This document shows positions 57,040 through 64,000 of a DNA stretch of 64,000 nt, piece after piece. The stretch covers positions 98,828,001 to 98,892,000 of the forward strand of contig OX597820.1 of NCBI GenBank assembly GCA_951406725.2. The letters run 5' to 3'. Every line of letters begins with the position of its first letter. Position 1 is the first letter of the stretch. Origin of the DNA: Octopus vulgaris (taxonomy: Eukaryota). The notes under the pieces were generated by a model. It worked only from the letters and a program-made list of their open reading frames with translations. It was not told where the DNA came from and ran no database searches. Both the position numbers and the translations under genes were made by a program.

Positions 57040-57900
57040 GGGACTTACCAGCCACTCCACACCAACCACAAGTGAGATCCCACACCTTATCTCCAGCGGC
57101 AGCCCGCCCACCTGGATACTGGAACCAACGATGCTGAGTGAATCTACTGGCCAGCCCACATACCCTGCTGTACAAGGTGCATGGCAGAACATGCTAGATA
57201 TCACATTAGGGTTGCTTCTATGACCATACTTGTGTCTGAGTAGGCTTGCCTTTGACAAGCTGATACGACCGCACTGGTCACATGAAAGAGGCTCTTTCGC
57301 ACACTTCACAAGAAGGGGGTCCACGTCTTCTATATATTGAGGTCGACTTTGCCTTTCATCCTTTCGGGGTCGATAAATCAAGTACCAGTTACGCACTGGG
57401 GTCGATATAATCGACTTAAATTCGTTTGTCTGTCTTTGTTTGTCCCCTCTATGTTTAGCCCCTTGTGGGTATTAAAGAAACATATATATTTACCAGTACG
57501 TTTCAACTCAGTGTATGCAACCTTGTTGTTCTTGAGTTATTTAACACCAGTAACAATCATATTCCCCCACAGCACCCCACCTGATGCAATATCTTCCCAG
57601 GCATAAGTATTAATATTTGTTGTGCTTGCTCCAGCTCGCCATACAACTGTTTTACATGCAGGTCTCCTCTAAACAAACAAGATGACCAGATCATCTGAGT
57701 TGGTGTTTCGTCATCTTGAACTCAATACACATCATTTTCGAAACTACAGTTTTCTCGTTTCCCGGAGATGAGATCGCCATGAGATCTTTGGAATATTACG
57801 CAAACGTCACTGGTGACATCGCTCATGACGCTGGATAGCATACAGTAATTTGTCTAGATCTCTTATACATACAACAGTACTGTTAAGACACCTGCTTGAT
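57040..57900 (-). mobile_element. RTE LINE 3' relic with a SINE A fragment (57338-57482) inserted
   Basis: LR*SGHL..KQLYGELE, then CDQCGRISLSKASLLRH zinc finger. Confidence 0.65.
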
Positions 57901-57995
57901 AGTCCCCAACGTACGCACATACATACAAACATACATACATACATACATACATACATACATACATACATACATACATACATACATACATACATACA

Positions 57996-58025
<30 letters not shown>

Positions 58026-58027
<2 letters not shown>

Positions 58028-58197
58028 GGCGTAGTAGTGGCTGTGTGGTAAGTAGCTTGCTTACGAACCACATGGTTCCGGGTTCAGTCCCACTGCGTGG
58101 CACCTTCGACAAGTGTCTTCTACTATAGTCTAGGGCCGACCAGAGCCTTGTGAGTGGATTTGGTAGACGGAAACTGAAAGAAGCCCGTCGTATATAT

Positions 58198-58236
<39 letters not shown>

Positions 58237-58427
58237 TGTGTCTGTGTTTGTCCCCCAACATCGCTTGACAACCGATGCTGGTGTGTTTACGTCCCTGTAA
58301 CTTCCGGCAAAATAGACCGATAGAATAAGTACTAGGCTTACAAAGAATAAGTCCTGGGGTCGATTTGCTCGACTGAAGGCGGTGCTCCAGCATGGCCACA
58401 GACAAATGACTAAAACAAGTAAAAGAG
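58026..58427 (+). mobile_element. SINE family B, full length
   Basis: Same structure as 48138-48546. Confidence 0.9.
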
Positions 58428-58459
58428 TATACATACATACATACATACATACAAACAAA

Positions 58460-58556
58460 AATACCCTGCTGATGTTGAAATTCCGATGAAAGAGCTTTGG
58501 ATCTAGGTTAGAAACTGGCTCTGTCCCTATTGGCAAAATAAAACCGAATAATGACA
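58460..58556 (+). mobile_element. 3' UTR end of the (CATA)n-associated LINE, flanked by CATA repeats
   Basis: Homologous to 818-920. Confidence 0.6.
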
Positions 58557-58779
58557 TGCATACATACGTACATACATGCATTCTTGCATGCATGCATGCA
58601 TCCATCCATCCATCCATCCATCCATACTTACATACATACATACATACATACATACAAACATACTAGATAGCTGCAACTCAATTTTCGAGCAAGGCCATTG
58701 CTTGATTGCGTTCTTAAATCAGCACGGATTTAGCTTTTCATTTCCTGGAAGGAATATATATTTTTTCGCACAAATTTTT

Positions 58780-58990
58780 TTCTACTCTAGGCACAAGGCC
58801 CGAAATTTTGGAGGAAGGAGCCAGTCGATTAGATCGCCCCAGTACGCAACAGGTACTTAATTTATCGACCCCTTAAAAGATGAAAGGCAAAGTCGACCTC
58901 GGCAGAATTTGAACTCAGAACGTAAAGACAGTCGAAATACTGCCAAGCAATTCACCCGGCGTGCTAACATTTCTGCCAGCTCGCTGCCTT
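58780..58990 (-). mobile_element. SINE family A monomer
   Basis: Reverse complement of head aaggcagcgagctggcagaaa plus core and alternative tail. Confidence 0.85.
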
Positions 58991-59619
58991 ATTCTTTTGC
59001 ACAAATTGGCAACGATGGGCGCCTTTTTCTGTAGGTGCTCAGAGAGTTGACACCTATGCTGAAACATGCTTTTATTCCGTCATAGATTTTTCATTGTGTT
59101 TCACTTTTTAGATTAAAACCAACCATAGTATGCAACACATAACAGAAAGATACCTTTAAAATCAAGCGATGTATGTGCCTGAAACTTTTTAAAGTGGGGA
59201 AAGCTCTTGCACAGGACCACCCTATACAACGTATCCATACACCTGTGAACGAAGCCGCAGTGTTTGCGCCAGAGATTTTCTTTTTCTATAGAGATGTCTA
59301 AACAAAGATTATGAGTCTGTCACTCCCTGTGTTTGGATGGCCATTGACTCTACTGAGTTCATCTTCTTTTGTCGCATGTTGCTTTTCATCCTGAAATGAA
59401 AACTACTTTCCTTACGAAGGAGATTTAGTAGAGTTGCCGGTGTAATCGACGGCTGCCCAACCAAGCAGCAGCTTGTACTGGGTTTGGTGTTACAAGTAGC
59501 ATCAAAAGTGACTCTGCATACATACATACATACATACATACATGCAGACATACATACATACATACATACATACATACATACATACATACATACATACATA
59601 CATACATACATACATACAT

Positions 59620-60022
59620 AAATGCAGGTCAGCTGACCTGCAGATATAAATATCTCTTTGAAAAATCAAAGTAAAAAAAAGAGGATATCTATGGACAGCT
59701 GCTTCCAAACCTCCAGCTTCTATATCCAGACTATGAATTCATATTCATACCAATACTAATTGGAGCACTAAGTTTTGTTAGTTAATGCTTAAAGGAGAAT
59801 CTGGATAAACTGGGATTTTCAGAAAGAGAAATCGACCGACTAATTCGTACATTACAAGTGTAATCTGTGAGTGGAACACTAAAAATATGCAAGATTTTTC
59901 TCAAGTTGCAAATGTGAATTCGTCTGTGTTAACTATGTCCCAAAGATGGAGCCTAGTATCTTTGTTGGAAATCGGTCCCCTCCTGAGTGGAAAATTTATA
60001 ATAATTAAAACATAGAAGAGAA
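59620..60022 (+). mobile_element. RLE non-LTR retrotransposon 3' end embedded in (CATA)n
   Basis: VS*PADINISLK../EDIYGQLLPNLQLLYPDYEFIFIPILIGALSFV..SVSGTLKICKIFL; CATA tracts at 59517-59620 and 60022-60135. Confidence 0.8.
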
Positions 60023-60284
60023 CATACATACATACATACATACATATATACATACATACATACATACATACATACATACATACATACATACATACATACA
60101 TACATACATACATACATACATACATACATACATACCTCTCGATAATTCCGCGACCTATGATAGCTGTTCGCTATCTCCTGTCTAACCATGGTGTATATAG
60201 CAATGATTCCATGTTTGCATTTCAATTGTTTTTCATCGCATGATACCCGCTACAATCTTCTCTAAAAAAATCAAAGATCCACAA

Positions 60285-60515
60285 GTCGAACCGCTAAGTG
60301 ACGTGGATGTAGACACTAAAACTGGTTGTCAAACAGTGATGAGGGACAAACACAGACACAAAGACACACATATATTCGACGGGCTTCTTTCAGTTTCCGT
60401 ATACCAAATCCTCTCACAAGGCTTTGGTCGGCCCGAGGCTGTAGTAGAAGACACTTGGCCAAAGTGCCTCACAGTGAAACTAAATCCAGAACCATATGGT
60501 TGGGAAGTAAGCTTA
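60285..60515 (-). mobile_element. SINE family B, partial
   Basis: Matches the family B middle region. Confidence 0.75.
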
Positions 60516-60954
60516 ACGTCTCCTAAATCCATTAAACTATTAATCTTTCGAAGATATTCTATAACCATCCCATGTTCAGGGTGGAATGGTTATAGAATGG
60601 CATCTTTTCGTGCACTTTGACTGGTTGGATAGGATCATCGAAATGCTGGTGGCTTTTCTTTTTCTTTTTTCCTTTTATTCTTTTTAACGCTGGATATAAA
60701 AAATTATTCAGTGGATAAGTCCGAGAGCCTTTGTAGTTAATTACGTGTGTGTTGAATTATTAACTTGACTTTTGGCTTATATTTTTTTATTAGCAAAACC
60801 TCCTTAGATATCTTTCTAGTTTTGTGGAATTCTATATTGAACTGTAACATCAACTATTGTTTTTTCCGTCATTTTTGTTGCATGTACTGTATTGTAATGT
60901 GTTGCGATTACACCTTGTTGTAAATGCATTGTCAAACTATGGAGGAGTGTTGTA

Positions 60955-62186
60955 TCAGGCTGAGTAAAATGTAAGCAACGTTTTGAAACATGAAATTCGT
61001 CACAATATATTTCAACAATGCCGAAATTTTATTCATCAAAGTACCATCACAATCAACAACGAGTTACAAGTTTGTTTATTCCGGTACCATGAAAATCTGG
61101 AGTTCTGGAGCTGATAAACTCTTTGAACGCACTTTCACTATCGGTTTGCCTTTTGAACTCCTTCTTTCACAGGAAACCATTAAGGTGCTTGAAAAAGTGG
61201 TAGTCGGTAAAAGAAAGGTCTAGGGAATAAGCTGGGTGGGGAAGAACTTCGTAGCCAAGTTCCCTCATTAGTAAAACGTGTGGTCGAGCATTGTCATTAA
61301 GAATGATTGGCTCTCTTCTGTTGACCAGTCTGGGACGGAATAGCAGTTTTTCGTTCATTTTGGCAATTCCATGGCAATATGTTTCTGCAGTAATGGTTTT
61401 TCTGGGTTTTAAGAAGGTATAGTGGATTTGTCTAGCAATAAACCACCAAACACTCACCATAACCTTCTTTTTGAAGAGCTCGGATTTAGGGAAGGTTTTC
61501 GGTGCTTCATTTTAGTCCAACCACTGCGAAGAAAGATTTTTTTATTATTGTACAGAATCCACTTTGCATCGCAAGTTACAATACGGTCGAGAAATGGATC
61601 GGTCTGGTTATGGAGAAGAAGCGACGAGCAAATTTTATATCTGTATTTTATATTCTGTTTTATATCTGTATTTTATATTCTGTTTTTCATTCAAATCGTG
61701 TGGTACCCATTTATCGAGCTTTTTTTGATTTTCCGATCACATGCAAATGGTTGCAGGCAGTTTTCTGGTTAACTTGAAGTTCTTTTTCTAGTTCTCGAGT
61801 GGTTTTACGTGGCTCTTTCTCAATGACGGACTTTAATTGACCGTCATCGATGACTGATGGGCGTCCAATATGCTCACGATCTTCAAGGCTTAGGTTTCCA
61901 CTGCGAAATCGTTTAAACCATTTCCGCGCTGACCACTCACTGGTCATTTCCTTACCAAACGTTTCGTTGATATCGCGACCAGCTTCAGCTGCATTTCGTC
62001 CTTTTTTGAAGTTGAATAGCAAAATTGCGTGAATATCGCGCTTTGACAGTTCCATTTCAGATGATTATAAGAACGGTGAAAATAATATCTATGTTAAGTT
62101 ATCGATACATTTGGGTAAGTCTATGCCTGCATTATCAGACAATTGCTTAAAAAAATGCTTTAAAAATATTCAAAACTCTGCAAAAA
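60955..62186 (-). mobile_element. Mariner (D,D34D) transposon with a pseudogenised transposase
   Basis: ORF 61711-62055 has WFKRFRSG..GRP (HTH); DRIVTCDAKWILY; NDNARPH; PHPAYSLDLSFTDYHFF; terminus TA|tcaggctgagt. Confidence 0.92.
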
Positions 62187-62450
62187 TGCAGGGATGGTGG
62201 TGATCCCTGCTGTACTCTTTCACCACAACTTTCTCTCACTCTTACTTCCTGTTTCTGTTGTACCTGTATTTCAAAGGGCCGGCCTTGTCACTCTCTGTGT
62301 TACGCTGAATATCTCCGAGAACTACATTAAGGGTACACGTGTCTGTGGAATGCTCAGCCACTTACACGTTAATTTCACGAGCAGGCTGTTCCGTTGATCG
62401 GATCAACCGGAACCCTCGTCGTCGTAACCGACGGAGTGCTTCCATCCATC
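62187..62450 (+). mobile_element. SINE family C body with a different tail
   Basis: gcagggatggtggtgatccctgctgtactc shared with 10000-10050. Confidence 0.7.
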
Positions 62451-63805
62451 CATTGTAATATATTCCATCAACGTTTTTATAGTTAAATATAACATGGTGT
62501 GTTCCCTTTTATGAATTTTCTTTGTGTTCATCTAATCTGTAATCATGATTTGTTTCTTGTAGTATAAGACATGCATGGTATGGATATTTTCCATTGGTGT
62601 TCGTCTGTTGTAATAGGGGAGCATGGATTTCTAATTGTACTGTTCTGTGACATAATCTAAAAGTCGACTGAGTATACACGTTAACTAATGTTTGTTTACA
62701 CGTAGAATTTATTTATTTAGAGGCACTTAGATAAATATTTAAAAGCTAGTTCAAAAATTCACCAACCAGAGAATATCCTCTAAAAAACTCTTAAGTGTAA
62801 AACAAACATCATTCACAACGGCTGCCCATTTCTAAGCCAATGGTAATGATACGAAATCTTTGATGAAATTAATATTAACAATAACAATGGCCGTTACCGC
62901 TGAACTTAATGATTGGGTTATCAGAGATTATTTTGTTATATTGCTGTTTCTTTGATTTTTCTAAATTTCCACCTGTTTCTCGATCATTTATGAAAGTTGT
63001 TTTTTTGTTTTTTTGGCACCTATAAATATTCATTTGAATGTTTTTCATTTCATTCCCGTCTTCTTACACGGATAATTCAAGGGTGACAAATTTACGTTTG
63101 GCTAGAAATTACATTTTGTAACGCATTTGCTTCCTCTGGGACATTACATACGTATATATATAAGAGAAATTTCTACAAAAGAGCTGAGAAATGAAACCGC
63201 CATGCAAAACAAATGAAGATTTTGTAGTATAGGACATGCCAAACTTAACAAATAACGTTGTCTTGTTGAATCGAGAGACTTTCTATCAGTCTCGTCGACT
63301 GGCATATCAAGCCTTCTCTTCCACATACACTAGCACATGCACTCATAAACACAGACATACATACGCATGCACTTTTACACACACACACACACGCACTACC
63401 TCTCTTGTTTTCTCTTCTCTCCTTGTTCACATGAGACCAATATCTTCATTACTTCCCCCACTGAGTTCATTTAACCTTTGCCCTTTGATATCTCTGTTCT
63501 TTCGTTTGTCACTTTTAACTTCACTTGTATTATTTTTCTTACATTATTTTTCATATATTTTTATACGTTTTCGTTATTACTTTTCCATATCTTTGTATGA
63601 TGTAGATATGTTTATGGCTATATTTGTATTGTCATTAGTTTCTCGCGCTCTTTTCGTTATTTTAGTTGTTTTGTTTTTGTTTCTTTTGTTTTCTTTTGTA
63701 TCATTATTACTTACTGTTTTTACCTTCACATTTATCCATTCCGAAATTTCTTTCTCATACTTCTCTTGATAGGAGATACTTCACAATTTATTCATCTTTT
63801 CATCC

Positions 63806-63867
<62 letters not shown>

Positions 63868-63950
63868 CACTATCTCTATCTCTATCTCTCTCACTCTCTC
63901 TCTCTCTTTCACCTGTCTCTATCTATCTATTTATCAATCTGTCTGTGTAC

Positions 63951-64000
<50 letters not shown>

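Overview
AT-rich eukaryotic DNA with very dense microsatellites ((TA)n, (CATA)n, (TAA)n, (GATA)n, (GAA)n). The SINE and LINE content points to a cephalopod, probably Octopus (inference). I found no confident host exon, and almost all listed ORFs are translations of simple repeats. The window is a transposon graveyard: R4/Dong-type RLE LINEs in (TAA)n, RTE and CR1/L2-group LINE 3' ends, Penelope-like (PLE) RT and GIY-YIG fragments, three tRNA-derived SINE families, mariner, Tigger, Tc1, Merlin-like and Helitron relics. Two things stand out. (1) About 14 type I hammerhead ribozyme (HHR) motifs from at least five sequence families. These include a 407-bp head-to-tail tandem with one HHR per unit (retrozyme/circRNA-like, 50066-50875) and short fold-back elements in (TA)n that carry an HHR on both strands. 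(2) An RLE retrotransposon family whose copies sit in or end at (CATA)n, a candidate tetranucleotide-targeting element. All calls were made by eye, without alignments or database searches.
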